In this document: positions 26,963 through 37,195 of the stretch, piece after piece | How positions within the stretch are numbered: position 1 is the stretch's first letter | Layout of the letters: each line of letters begins with the position of its first letter | Origin: Minisyncoccota bacterium | GTDB lineage: Bacteria > Patescibacteriota > Minisyncoccia > Phycocordibacterales > JBAZVT01 | Direction of reading: 5' to 3' | Length of the DNA: 64,000 bases | NCBI GenBank assembly: GCA_041660745.1 | Contig: JBAZVT010000001.1 | Span: 4,377-68,376, forward strand | Notes under the pieces: model-generated | Told to the model about the DNA's origin: nothing | What the model saw: the letters and a program-made list of their open reading frames with translations, nothing else | The model's database searches: none | Position numbers and translations under genes: made by a program

Positions 26963-29900
26963 GGTGCTACCGGGAATATAGTTCCAATATTAACAGTGCC
27001 ATCTGGTAGAAGTCTGGTACGGAATTCAATAAGCACATTATCCACAGTAATTCGCCCACGGACATCGGTACCGATTACCATATTACCTCGCATCGACTGA
27101 ATAGCATCTGCCACTGCTGATTCTGCGTTACCTACGTTAACGCCAACAGCTTCAAGACGAGGTGCATAATGTTCAGTCCTAAAAATTGTTGCAACGGGTA
27201 CTCTACCTAAAACCCCAGCAATTCCCCCAACCAACCTCGCTTCTGGCGCTATTAAAGTCGCCGCTGTTCCTACCGCAGCTCCGCCAAGCCCCAACGGGCT
27301 GATCGGCCCGCTGGCCGGTGCCATCCCTTCCCGGATAGGCGTGCTATCGGACTGGGTGATCAGCCGCTGGCCAAAGGCGACTTGGTTGTCGGCGACTTGA
27401 ATCCCCGCCCCGCTGCTAAAGGCAAACGGATTGCCCCCGCCATAATAGCTGATACTCGGTGTGATGGAATTTCGTATAGCCGCACTTTGTGGAGATAACC
27501 CACTGGGGTCATTAAAGTTTACCGGATTATTCCCGACATAGGCATACAAATTAATGCCTGCCGCATAGCCTATCGGGTCACGTTGGATAAACCGGCCTAA
27601 GTTTGGCCAGTAATAGCGTGCCCGGTAGAAATATAAGCCGGGAATGGTTTTAGCCCGCTCCCGGCCGGCGTAGCCGTAGTCCGGGAAGTTGCCGGTCAGG
27701 AAGGCGTTTCTGCCGTATGCTTCATAACGCACACTGGCACTGACAGCTTGATTGACATCGGTCACGGCTAAAACCGAGCCGATACCGTCTTGGTGGTAGT
27801 AGCTGGCGGTGGCAGTGGGGTCGGCGGTGTTGCCGGTGAGTTTAGCCAAAGGGAAGTCGGTACCCGCCTGAACCTCGTAAGCACTGGCGCTAGTCCAGCT
27901 AGTGCCGGGATAGGTCGCCACGATGTTATTGCCGTCGTAGAGATTGCGGCTGGTGACGCCGGATTCGGTGACTTCAATGCGCCGGCCTTGCGGGTCGTAA
28001 GTGTAGTTAGCGCTGCCGGCCCCGCTGGTTTGGGCCAGGCGGCCCAGGCTGTCGTAAGTGTATTGGGTGGTAAAGGTGCCGCTGCAGGTGATGATGCTGG
28101 GCCGGGTGATGGGGGCGCCGGTACAGCTTTGGCTCAAATTACCGGCGGCGTCGTAAATATAGGCTCCTTCTAAGCTACCGTTCAGACTGGTCTCGGTGAG
28201 CTGATTGGCCGCGTCGATTTTATAAACGACGGTATTAGGCCCCACTTGTCTACTGATCCGGTTATTCAAGGCATCATAGCTGTAGCGGGTTAATCTGGCG
28301 GTAGTACTGTTGTCTTCCTGAACGAGGCGGTCTAAGGCGTCGTACTGGTAAGCATAAGTCCAGGCGGTTGGGCCGGGCAAGGTTTCAACCAAGCCGTTGC
28401 GCCGGCCTAAACCGTCATAGCGGTACTGGCTTTGGGCGAGGGGGCCGCCTAGGCTCTGGTGGCTGACTTGTGCCAAGCTGCCGTCGGGGTTCCAGGTTTG
28501 GGTTTTGCGGATACCGTTGGGGTAGCGCAAACTGACTAAACGCCCTGCCGCATCGTAACTTAAGCCGTAGCTGTCGAAGTTGGGCGCCCAGATACTGGTC
28601 AGGCGGCCTACGGGGTCGTAGACATAGTGGCTGGCGTTGGTGTCCGGGCCTTGTACGCTGTTGAGCAAACCGCCGGGGCTCCAGCGGTAAGTCAGGGTTT
28701 TGCCGCCGCGCCGGTCAGTGACGGTTTGCAGGCGGTGGGCGGCATCGTAGGTGTTGTCGTAGGCGATGTCCAAGCTGCTATTGGGGTTGGCGCTCCAGGC
28801 TTCGCTACGGGTAGGTTGGCCTAAAGGGTTGCGGGTATAGAGGAGCCTGCGGCCGTCTTCGGCGGTGGTCGACAGCAATTGGTGGCCGTAACGCCATTGA
28901 TTGGTGAGGGTGTGGCCGTTGGGGGTTTGCAAGGTGATAACGTTGCCGTTAACATCGTAGCTGTAACGGGTGATCTGGTCGTTGGCATCGGTGGCCGAAA
29001 GCCTGCGTCCGAAGTCGTCGTTGACGTAACTGGTTTGCAATGTCACCCGGTCGGAGGCGGAAACGCCAGTATCCGGGTTGATGGCGCTGCCGCCGTCGGC
29101 GGTGGTCTGGCCGGCATAGATGGCGGTGAGGTTGCCCAGGTTGTCAAAACTGTAGCGGGTGACCGGGCGGATGTTTTGGCCGACGGTAGCCGAGGAGGGG
29201 TCTTGGTCGGTGACTACCGGCCCGGCCGTGCGCACCAGTCGGCCCAGGGCATCATAAGTGTTGAGCGTATCGCGGGCGGTTTCGGTGGCACCGGCCGCCG
29301 GCACGGTGGTGACTTTGACGGTGCGGCCCAGGGCGTCGTAAGTGTATTGGGTAGCGATACCGCTGGTGAAACCGGCAATGGCAGGCTGGATGACTTGTCT
29401 GAGCCGGCCGTCCTGGCTGGCATTGCCGTAGCTGTAGGTGGTGGTGGCGCCGGTGGGGTCGGTAACGGTGCGGATACGGCCGGTGGCGTCCAGGCTACGG
29501 GTGACGGCATGGTTGGCCTTGTCGTAGGCTTTGAGCCAGCGGTTGACCGGGTCGTAGTCAAAGCCTAAGGTGTAACCATCGGCATCGGCCATCTGCACCA
29601 GGTTACCGGCAGCATCGTATTGGTATTGGCTGGCGTTACCGCCAGCATCGAGCGCGGTTTGCAAGCGCCCGGCGCTATCATAAGCCTGGTAAGCCGAATC
29701 CCATAAGCGCTGGCCGACTTGCAGTTCATTAGCAATGCTGCGGCCATTGCCGTCGAAAGCCAATTTACGGACTTGTCCCAGGGCATCAGTGGCGCTGGTG
29801 GCACGGCCATCGGCGTCATACTGGTACTGGGTGGCCTGCCAGTCGGCATCGATGCCTTGGTTGGGTCGGCCTTGGGCGTCATAAGCCAGGGTGGCGGTGT

Positions 29901-32900
29901 CGGCGCTGTCCGAGGCATTGATCAGGCCGTCGCCGTTTTTATCACCTAAGCGGCTGACCTGGGTGGGGTATAAGGTATTGGCATCATAGGCCATGGCCAC
30001 GGTGGGGCCGGTACCGCTGGCAAAGTTACCTAAGCTGGCGCCGGTAAAAACGCGCAAGATTTTGCTTTGGGTTAACAGTCCGGTGGCAGCATCGTAAGCC
30101 TGTTTGCTCCAGGCGGCGATATCGGCCACTGCGGGGGTAGTGCTGGCGGCCGGCACTTTGCCGGTTTTCAGGCGCACGGTGTCGGTGGTGTTGCCTTTGG
30201 CGTCATAGGCCAGCAGTGTCCAGTTGCCGGTGGCGTCCTTGATGCGTTGCGGGGCATTAAAGGCCGTGAAGCCGTCATAGGTGGTGGTGGCCCCGGACGG
30301 CTGGGCCATGCGGGTCAGGTTGGCGGCGCTGTCGTATTGGTAGCTTAAGGTGAGGCCGTTGGCGTCGGTTTCGGTGAGCCGGTTGAACGGGTTGGCCGGG
30401 TCATAGGTGTAGGTGGTCTTAGCACCGGATTCATCGGTGATGCTGGCCGGGTTGCCATTGGCATCGAAGGTGTAGCGCCGCTCAAAACCGCGCTCGTTGA
30501 CCATGACGGTTTCACGGCGGAAGTCCTGGTAGCGGAAGGTGGTGGTTTCGGCCAGCAGGTTGCCATTTTTATGGCGCTGGTGCTGGAATACCCGGCCGTC
30601 CAGGTAGTAGCTAAAGCGCATGCCCTCGCCTTGCGGCTGGGTATAGGTGCGCAAGGCGTGGTTGAGGTTTTGGCTATCAGTTGCGCCATAATAATCATAC
30701 GTGGCCGCCGGGTGCTGGCCGCTGACCGCCAGCGGGCTTTTGTAGGACACCAGGTTGCCGTTGCCGTCATAGCCGTATTGGTGGCTGGCTAAGGTGGCCC
30801 CGCCAATGGCCTTGACATCAATTTGGCTGATGTGGCTACCCGCATACGTGAAGCTGAGTTTACGGCCAGGGCCGTCGGTGATGTCTTTTAAGGTCTGGTC
30901 GGCGTTATACGTTAAGGTTAGTGTATTGCCATTGCGGTCACGGATGTTCTGAAGTTTAGCCGATTGCCCTGATGTGACACTGGCATTGGCTTCAAAACTG
31001 TAGCGTAAACCGTTCTTTTCGGTAAGGCTCCAGCTGCCGTCAGCTTCCCGGCGCAAGGAAGAATAAATGCCGGGGGAGGCCGTTAGCGTGGTGCCGGCTG
31101 GCACGCTGCTGCCAGCCAGGGAGAAGAAATGTTCACCGCCGCTGCCGTCAAGCCAGCCGACCTTGACTAAGCCCGACTCCACGCCATAAAAGTTGAGCCG
31201 GTGGTTAAAGCTGTGCGTCCAGCCAAAGCCCAAAGGGCCGTCTTTAGGACTGCGGCTGTTGTAGCTGCGCTCAAACACCAAGGGCAAGCCCCGCCCCGGT
31301 AGGGCGATGTCGCGTTCGGAGCCGTAATAGTTGCCGGTGGCCAGATTGACCGGGTCACCGGCTAATGTTATTAACGGATTACTACCATTGGACAGGGTGG
31401 TAGAATTGACAGGAACGTTGGTGAAAATATTGCTTGGGATAAAACTGCTGACCGGGTAGGTTGTAGACACGGGGCTGGCCGAGTTCAGGGCGAATCCGCC
31501 GCCTAGCCTGCCGCTGATGACCGCTGCAATATAGCCTTTGCCCTGGTTTTCGACAAAATACACCGCCCCCCGCCAAACTTTGGGCTGCGCCTGCCCGTCT
31601 GAATAAGCGATGGTTTGACGCGGCGCGGTAACGGTAGCGCCATCCATGACATAGCGGGCAATATCATTTTTAGAGGTCGCCATGCTGGCATCAGTCAACA
31701 AATCATAGTTGCTGAAATTCGCAGACGTGAACACATTAAACGGAATGCCTTGCTCACTGGCAAACTGCAGGCCGCGCACGGTGGACACTGCATCGGTGCG
31801 GATCAGTTCCTGCCAGATAAAATGCTCGTAAGCCGAGTTGCTAAAATTGGCCAACCTGAAAGTCGGCCAGACTTCGTTAAGGTTCGTTGCACTATCGGTG
31901 GCTGTGGAATCCAGTTTGACGAAACGCGACTGGTTGCCCAAGACATCGACGTAAGTGCCCCCCGGATGGGCGGCAAACGGCAAATCAAACAGGTAGTCTA
32001 CCTTCAGGCTGGCGGCTGTCAGCCCCAAGTGCGTGCCGCTTTCACCGCTGAGGCCATTGAGCTTGCCGAGATAAAGGCTGCTATCGGTCACATAACGCAT
32101 GTATTTTAACAAGGCGATATGCAACAGTTCGCCTTCGGTATTGTCGTAACTGGCGGGATTGGCCGGGGTGGCAGCTGAGGGGTTGGCCTGGACGGCTTGC
32201 ACCAACTGGGCGGAACGTTCCGCGACCAGCCGGTCGGAGCCTTGGCGGGCATAGGCCAAGAGCGCATGGTGGGCACCGGCCACCAAGTTGGTGTAGACCG
32301 TCTTATTAGTGCAATGCAAATCTGGATCTGGGGTAGCAATATTGGGATCATCATTCCGGCAAGCTGAACCCGACAGGGTGGTATCACCCAGGGTGACCTT
32401 CATGATAAGGCGGTGCACCGACCCTAAGCTGAGCGTAGCGGCACCTGTGGCAAGCACGGCACCGTCCGCTTTGAGCACCGGCAAGACATTGACGGCGCCG
32501 GCTGGAACGCTGGCCGGGTCACCGGCCCAGCTGTTCCACAGCGCCTGTGAAGCGCTGTCAGGCGTATACGATAAGGTGATGCGTTTGTGTGCCACAGAAG
32601 GGAGGGACACCACTTGTTCAGGCATCAAGTTGGTGCCATTGCCGGATTGGACTTTGATACTGAACTGGTAGCGGTGGCTGGCGGGTAAGGCCGCTGCTTC
32701 AGGCGAGCTGGTACCTGCCCAATTATCGTATTGCACGACTTCATAGGGCAAGCTCACCGGCAAAATATCGTAGGCCCGGGGTACTTGCCGGCCTTGGTAA
32801 GGCACATCCAGGATGCTCTGCCCGCTGTTCAGACTTTTCACATAGTTGTCGACCAACGTGGCATAGGCTTCATGCGGCAAGGTGCTGGTGCGGGTGGCCA

Positions 32901-34248
32901 AATAACCAGTGGCGCCGGTATTGAAATTGACATTCTGCTGGATGCCGCCAATACCGGGCTGGTAAGTGTTGTCCTTGAAACTGGGGTCCAGCGGCAGCCA
33001 GCGGTGTCCGCTGTTATCGGATGGGGCACCCCGGTAGTTGCCATATGGCAAGCAAGCCTCAACCCAAACATGGCGTAGCTGGATGACTGACGATCCGATA
33101 CCCACTGAAGGGTTCATGTTGTTGCTTAAGATGTTCGCAGCCGCCTGATAGTTTTTGGCACCCAGCCAACGTGGTGCCCGGCCATTGGCTCCAAGGTTGC
33201 TTCCATCTATGATTTGGACATCCCCTAAGACATAGCGGGCCGGGATATTGGAAGCCCGCAGCAGGGCGATCAACAAGGACGCCTGGTCGGTGGCGCCACC
33301 AGCCTTAGTGTAAAGCGTGCCTTGCGAGCCTTTTAATGAACCAAAATAAGGTTCAAAACGGATGTTGTCGTAGACGTATTGGAATATTTTAACTGGCGAG
33401 TAGTTTAGCTGGGCCGCTAAATCCCGGATATCTTGAGTGATGACGGCATCTTCGGTTGCCGCCAAATCGGCTGGGGCATAGCCACAGGCTGAGGCCTCCG
33501 CTGGCGTGCCGGGGGCTGCAGCTATGGCACCGCTGATGAGTAAATCCAACAAATAAGCAACAGGCGGCTGGGTTGGGCTTACCGGCAAGGCGCTGAGGTA
33601 ACGCGGCAGCGCCTTGCTGGCAGGTAGAGGAGTGTCCTTAGCCTGGATGCCTAAGTGGCTGGTTGGTGTCGGTAACGCCTCAGTGGGCGCCTCCAGGCCA
33701 TTGGCCGGACTGGCCATGGCCTTAAGTTCGGCCATGGCTTTGCTTAAGGCTTGCCTCCGGCTACCGGCATCTTGGGCGTTGGCCAATGCAGCCAAAGTGC
33801 TGTCGAGTTGGTCAAAGCGGTGTCTAACTTGCTTGGCAATGGCGTCAAAGTCCTGGCTTTTGTTAGGTTGCTTGAAGGCCACCAGCTGGCTGCGCATCTT
33901 ATCTAATTCAGCGTCGACATCCTGGCGCATACCCACAATCTGGGTGCGCTTGGCCGCCAGCAATTGTAGTTTAGTTTGCATCAAGGCGGCTTTATCACCC
34001 CGGCTTGAGTGTTCCAGTTGATCCGTGCCCGCCATCAGTGCCAAGGCTTCGGCCATGTGCTGGTGTAGTTGTTGGGCGACGGCGTTACCAGGTTGCTGGT
34101 GCACTTTCATCAAGGTTTCCACCACCGGTTCCGGTAAACCGGCCGGGGTACTAGAGGCGGCGGGGAGGGCACCCTGCGCAATGCCCAAGCACGACAGGCA
34201 CAAGAATAAAAGCAGCCCATATGGGCGCAGGTGAAGATGAGATGACAT
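26959..34248 (-). CDS. RHS-repeat polymorphic toxin, Sec-secreted, with an N-terminal transglutaminase-like region and a variable C-terminal toxin tip.
   Basis: 2429 aa. Signal peptide (LLLFLCLSCLGIAQG); many YD repeats (RYSYDALNNR, QYDADGR, etc.); RHS core end PGLYFYRARYYWPNLGRFIQRDPIGY...NDPSGL followed by a ~190-aa tip. N-terminal TGase-like motif LLIALLRASNIPARYV. Confidence 0.85.
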   Translation of the reverse strand: MSSHLHLRPYGLLLFLCLSCLGIAQGALPAASSTPAGLPEPVVETLMKVHQQPGNAVAQQLHQHMAEALALMAGTDQLEHSSRGDKAALMQTKLQLLAAKRTQIVGMRQDVDAELDKMRSQLVAFKQPNKSQDFDAIAKQVRHRFDQLDSTLAALANAQDAGSRRQALSKAMAELKAMASPANGLEAPTEALPTPTSHLGIQAKDTPLPASKALPRYLSALPVSPTQPPVAYLLDLLISGAIAAAPGTPAEASACGYAPADLAATEDAVITQDIRDLAAQLNYSPVKIFQYVYDNIRFEPYFGSLKGSQGTLYTKAGGATDQASLLIALLRASNIPARYVLGDVQIIDGSNLGANGRAPRWLGAKNYQAAANILSNNMNPSVGIGSSVIQLRHVWVEACLPYGNYRGAPSDNSGHRWLPLDPSFKDNTYQPGIGGIQQNVNFNTGATGYLATRTSTLPHEAYATLVDNYVKSLNSGQSILDVPYQGRQVPRAYDILPVSLPYEVVQYDNWAGTSSPEAAALPASHRYQFSIKVQSGNGTNLMPEQVVSLPSVAHKRITLSYTPDSASQALWNSWAGDPASVPAGAVNVLPVLKADGAVLATGAATLSLGSVHRLIMKVTLGDTTLSGSACRNDDPNIATPDPDLHCTNKTVYTNLVAGAHHALLAYARQGSDRLVAERSAQLVQAVQANPSAATPANPASYDNTEGELLHIALLKYMRYVTDSSLYLGKLNGLSGESGTHLGLTAASLKVDYLFDLPFAAHPGGTYVDVLGNQSRFVKLDSTATDSATNLNEVWPTFRLANFSNSAYEHFIWQELIRTDAVSTVRGLQFASEQGIPFNVFTSANFSNYDLLTDASMATSKNDIARYVMDGATVTAPRQTIAYSDGQAQPKVWRGAVYFVENQGKGYIAAVISGRLGGGFALNSASPVSTTYPVSSFIPSNIFTNVPVNSTTLSNGSNPLITLAGDPVNLATGNYYGSERDIALPGRGLPLVFERSYNSRSPKDGPLGFGWTHSFNHRLNFYGVESGLVKVGWLDGSGGEHFFSLAGSSVPAGTTLTASPGIYSSLRREADGSWSLTEKNGLRYSFEANASVTSGQSAKLQNIRDRNGNTLTLTYNADQTLKDITDGPGRKLSFTYAGSHISQIDVKAIGGATLASHQYGYDGNGNLVSYKSPLAVSGQHPAATYDYYGATDSQNLNHALRTYTQPQGEGMRFSYYLDGRVFQHQRHKNGNLLAETTTFRYQDFRRETVMVNERGFERRYTFDANGNPASITDESGAKTTYTYDPANPFNRLTETDANGLTLSYQYDSAANLTRMAQPSGATTTYDGFTAFNAPQRIKDATGNWTLLAYDAKGNTTDTVRLKTGKVPAASTTPAVADIAAWSKQAYDAATGLLTQSKILRVFTGASLGNFASGTGPTVAMAYDANTLYPTQVSRLGDKNGDGLINASDSADTATLAYDAQGRPNQGIDADWQATQYQYDADGRATSATDALGQVRKLAFDGNGRSIANELQVGQRLWDSAYQAYDSAGRLQTALDAGGNASQYQYDAAGNLVQMADADGYTLGFDYDPVNRWLKAYDKANHAVTRSLDATGRIRTVTDPTGATTTYSYGNASQDGRLRQVIQPAIAGFTSGIATQYTYDALGRTVKVTTVPAAGATETARDTLNTYDALGRLVRTAGPVVTDQDPSSATVGQNIRPVTRYSFDNLGNLTAIYAGQTTADGGSAINPDTGVSASDRVTLQTSYVNDDFGRRLSATDANDQITRYSYDVNGNVITLQTPNGHTLTNQWRYGHQLLSTTAEDGRRLLYTRNPLGQPTRSEAWSANPNSSLDIAYDNTYDAAHRLQTVTDRRGGKTLTYRWSPGGLLNSVQGPDTNASHYVYDPVGRLTSIWAPNFDSYGLSYDAAGRLVSLRYPNGIRKTQTWNPDGSLAQVSHQSLGGPLAQSQYRYDGLGRRNGLVETLPGPTAWTYAYQYDALDRLVQEDNSTTARLTRYSYDALNNRISRQVGPNTVVYKIDAANQLTETSLNGSLEGAYIYDAAGNLSQSCTGAPITRPSIITCSGTFTTQYTYDSLGRLAQTSGAGSANYTYDPQGRRIEVTESGVTSRNLYDGNNIVATYPGTSWTSASAYEVQAGTDFPLAKLTGNTADPTATASYYHQDGIGSVLAVTDVNQAVSASVRYEAYGRNAFLTGNFPDYGYAGRERAKTIPGLYFYRARYYWPNLGRFIQRDPIGYAAGINLYAYVGNNPVNFNDPSGLSPQSAAIRNSITPSISYYGGGNPFAFSSGAGIQVADNQVAFGQRLITQSDSTPIREGMAPASGPISPLGLGGAAVGTAATLIAPEARLVGGIAGVLGRVPVATIFRTEHYAPRLEAVGVNVGNAESAVADAIQSMRGNMVIGTDVRGRITVDNVLIEFRTRLLPDGTVNIGTIFPVAP

Positions 34249-34283
34249 GGCGGCTGGTTCCCTGGATTTAAGGCGTTAAGGTA

Positions 34284-35663
34284 TCAACGGGTTTGCGTGC
34301 TATTTGGTTGCGGTCTATAGTGCAGGAACCCAGACAACAGTAGCCCCAGCACAGCAATCGCCCAAGTCGGTAGGGCAGGCACTGGGATGGTATCCGTACT
34401 TGGGCTGACAACGGCAATCTGGCTGGTTGCCGTCCCAACGGCACCGGCACCGGATGCTTGGTAAATGAAGTTAAACGTCCCAGCCACCGTAGGCGTGCCG
34501 GTGACTTGGCCAGAACTGCCGTTTAAGCTTAAGCCGTCCGGCAGTTTGCCAAAGGTTAGTGTCCACGCCGTCGCGGTGACGCCAGTGATAGAGGGTAAGG
34601 CCGCGTTATAGGGCTGGTTGAGCTGGGCCTGGTTGAGGGCAAGCGCGGTGGTGGTACCCACAACGGCTTGGCCATTGCCTTTGGTTGCCAGCAAGGTGCT
34701 GTCGGCCACACTGGGGTTCGTGCCCAGCAAAACCGGGGTTTCAACACCATCTGGCAAACCGTCCTTGTCGGTGTCGGCCAAGGTCGCGGCTGGCAATGCG
34801 GCCAGTACCTGTGTAGCGACCAACGGGTTATTACTGGCATAGCCGCCATTGGCCTGCTGCTGGGCAATGAGGAAGTTTTGGGCGTTGACCGCCGCCGTGT
34901 CATTGGTGCCCGCTTCGGCGACGATAGCCCGGTACGCTAACGTGGTTTCCAATACGGTGCCAGTAGCTCCTTCACCAAAACCACCACCGGATTTTTGTTG
35001 GGTCTTTAGCCAATTAATGCCGTTGGTAATAAAACTTTGCACACTAAAATTAGATTTGTAACGGTTTAAGGTCAAGACCGTTTGTGCAGTCGGAATGACT
35101 TTACTGGCTGGCGTACCGACATTGGATTTGAAGTAGGGCCAACCGCCATCAGCGTTTTGCTGGTTGAAAAGGTAACTTAGCCCAAAACCGGTGTCGGGAT
35201 AATTGGCGCCAGTCTGCCGGAGGGCATCCATGGCCAGGGCCGTATCGAGTGAGCTGCCCCCGAAATGGTCGTAAGCACCCCAGCTAACCTTATTTCCGTT
35301 TGTACTCTCATTGGCATAACTGATCAACCGGGCCGTCAGCCCAGACACATCGCGGCCAGCCCGGTACAAGGCCAAGGCTTGGCGGGACAAGCTATCAATA
35401 CTGGCGGCCTGGTAATTTTCCAGCCAGGCCACGGCCCGGTTAAAGCTGTCGCCACTGCTGACACCGGCATTAACCAACGCTTCAACGGCACTGGCGGTTT
35501 CCACCATGCGCAGCCCAGTGTTGGTACCCCAGCTGCCATCGCCATTCTGGTTGGTAATCAGCCAGGCCAAGGTTTTGAGACGGGCGTCATCGACCGGTGC
35601 GGCTTGTATCTGCATACTGGCAAAAAACCCTGCCAATATGGTCATCCTAATAATTATCTTCAT
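34284..35663 (-). CDS. Secreted alpha/alpha-toroid (prenyltransferase/squalene-cyclase-like repeat) protein with an Ig-like domain and an IPTL-CTERM-like C-terminal sorting tail.
   Basis: Signal peptide (MKIIIRMTILAGFFASMQIQA); repeated GDGSWG / ADGGWPYF / ANGGYAS motifs; Ig-like LPDGLSLNGSSGQVTGTP; C-terminus IPVPALPTWAIAVLGLLLSGFLHYRPQ. Confidence 0.5.
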   Translation of the reverse strand: MKIIIRMTILAGFFASMQIQAAPVDDARLKTLAWLITNQNGDGSWGTNTGLRMVETASAVEALVNAGVSSGDSFNRAVAWLENYQAASIDSLSRQALALYRAGRDVSGLTARLISYANESTNGNKVSWGAYDHFGGSSLDTALAMDALRQTGANYPDTGFGLSYLFNQQNADGGWPYFKSNVGTPASKVIPTAQTVLTLNRYKSNFSVQSFITNGINWLKTQQKSGGGFGEGATGTVLETTLAYRAIVAEAGTNDTAAVNAQNFLIAQQQANGGYASNNPLVATQVLAALPAATLADTDKDGLPDGVETPVLLGTNPSVADSTLLATKGNGQAVVGTTTALALNQAQLNQPYNAALPSITGVTATAWTLTFGKLPDGLSLNGSSGQVTGTPTVAGTFNFIYQASGAGAVGTATSQIAVVSPSTDTIPVPALPTWAIAVLGLLLSGFLHYRPQPNSTQTR

Positions 35664-35716
35664 ATCCCTGGCCATTCGCTTATTATCAATGGGTTGGAGC
35701 AAACAAAACCCCGCCT

Positions 35717-37195
35717 TCAGTTCACTGGATAAAACACTGGTAGCGCCCTGCTGCCTGCCGGCAAACTAGGAATACGGCAATGGTTGACACTCAGCCCGTT
35801 AGCTGTAGCCCGGGTATAAGGGTTGACCGGCCTTGCAGGGTCATAGGCGGCATTTAACAAAGTGCCTAGCGCTACTGTTGCTGTATTGGTTGGCGGTGCT
35901 GCTTGGTTTATGGCCAATCCCAGCAACCCAGTTGTACCTCCCCAAGTTTGGGCTACGTTTAAGTTGGCCAAGGTAGTCGGGTTGGTAATCGTCGACACCA
36001 TCGCTTGTGCTAAGGGATCGGTAACAGCGCCTATAGTCATCAGCTCCGCCCAGAATTTATAACGCCCTTCCACCACGTTATGTGCAGAGGGTGAGGCATT
36101 GTCAATCTTGATAAAACGGTAAGGCTTGCTGCCTGTTGGGTTTTGGCCTATGCCCAGCAAGCCTATGGCCCAACGGAAACCGTTGGTGACCGGATTGCCG
36201 GATGTGTTGAAATTGGCCACAGCAGTATTGTTATTTAACCCTTCCAGGCAATTTTCTATGTCGGCAGTACTGTCTAGCGCGTGTGTAACTTTAGCAGGTG
36301 TTGTAGTTGCAGGAGGTTCAATGCCTAACGCGGGTGTTGTGGAAACTTGGATTGCTTCAGACAACGTTTGGTTACAGGGAGCATTTTGAAATTGGGTGTT
36401 AAATAGTGCCAAGGTACCTGAACCTGCGACCGGCAAGCATAAATGAATGCTCCGGTTACTGGGTTGGTCACTTGTAGCGACAGTCTGAAACAAATTTTGA
36501 CTTGTGGCTGTACCCCCATATCTTAAATTACGCCAATCGGTTAGACGTAAATTAACAAACAAACTTCCGATTTGTGCAGAAGTTAGGCTGGGCATACAGC
36601 GTTCGCTGTCATCACCCACACTACAACCTAGCAATAACGAACCAGCTGCGGCCTGTGCCGACTGCATCGCATTCCGTAACCGGGTGTTGACTGCAACACC
36701 GTAGATATGAGTGACAACCGGCGTCACAGTGACATGGGTCACCACATTCAAATCAGCCAAGGCCGCGTTCAGGGGTTGAAGAAACTGGGTAGGCTCAACA
36801 TCGGAAAAGTTAGCTTCAGAGCGGCGTACGCCATCGTCGCTGGCGGTTATGGGAGTGGCCACTGGCGCAGAGCAATTGGCAATGCTATTAACCGGGGTGG
36901 CACAGCTATTAGCATTGGCTAAGGTGCTATTTTTAATAAAAACATGGGCATTCGCTTGCGCCCCCCCTTGGACGGCACGGATGGCATTGCCGGCATCACC
37001 CCCTTCACGTTTATGCAGCAACAGGTATTGTTGGGTTACCCCAGTAAAGCTGGGTGCCCTTTCACAGAGATAAGCCACACTTTCGCCATCGGCATTGTTG
37101 CTATAGCGGTAAACGGTGCCAGCACAGTTTAACTTCATAGCCGCCACCAGAAATGGGGTAATCGCCGAAGAGCCAGTGGTTAGTGTTTCTGCCAC
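35717..37195 (-). CDS. Secreted Cys-rich protein of unknown function. The upstream signal-peptide segment (37256..37309) is separated from the body by an in-frame TAG.
   Basis: 492-aa ORF (GTG start). ATG at 37309 with a GGGGA RBS encodes MQQLIVGLWVFMVFCNNS, then TAG at 37253-37255, in frame with the body. Confidence 0.45.
   Translation of the reverse strand: MAETLTTGSSAITPFLVAAMKLNCAGTVYRYSNNADGESVAYLCERAPSFTGVTQQYLLLHKREGGDAGNAIRAVQGGAQANAHVFIKNSTLANANSCATPVNSIANCSAPVATPITASDDGVRRSEANFSDVEPTQFLQPLNAALADLNVVTHVTVTPVVTHIYGVAVNTRLRNAMQSAQAAAGSLLLGCSVGDDSERCMPSLTSAQIGSLFVNLRLTDWRNLRYGGTATSQNLFQTVATSDQPSNRSIHLCLPVAGSGTLALFNTQFQNAPCNQTLSEAIQVSTTPALGIEPPATTTPAKVTHALDSTADIENCLEGLNNNTAVANFNTSGNPVTNGFRWAIGLLGIGQNPTGSKPYRFIKIDNASPSAHNVVEGRYKFWAELMTIGAVTDPLAQAMVSTITNPTTLANLNVAQTWGGTTGLLGLAINQAAPPTNTATVALGTLLNAAYDPARPVNPYTRATANGLSVNHCRIPSLPAGSRALPVFYPVN

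Noticed and set aside
27790-30792. Multiple 100-230 aa ORFs in other frames within the RHS gene (for example 27790..28173, 28879..29568, 30345..30770).
   Set aside because: They lie inside a continuous 2429-aa RHS ORF with YD repeats; Gly/Ala/Val-rich mirror frames of a repetitive GC-rich gene.
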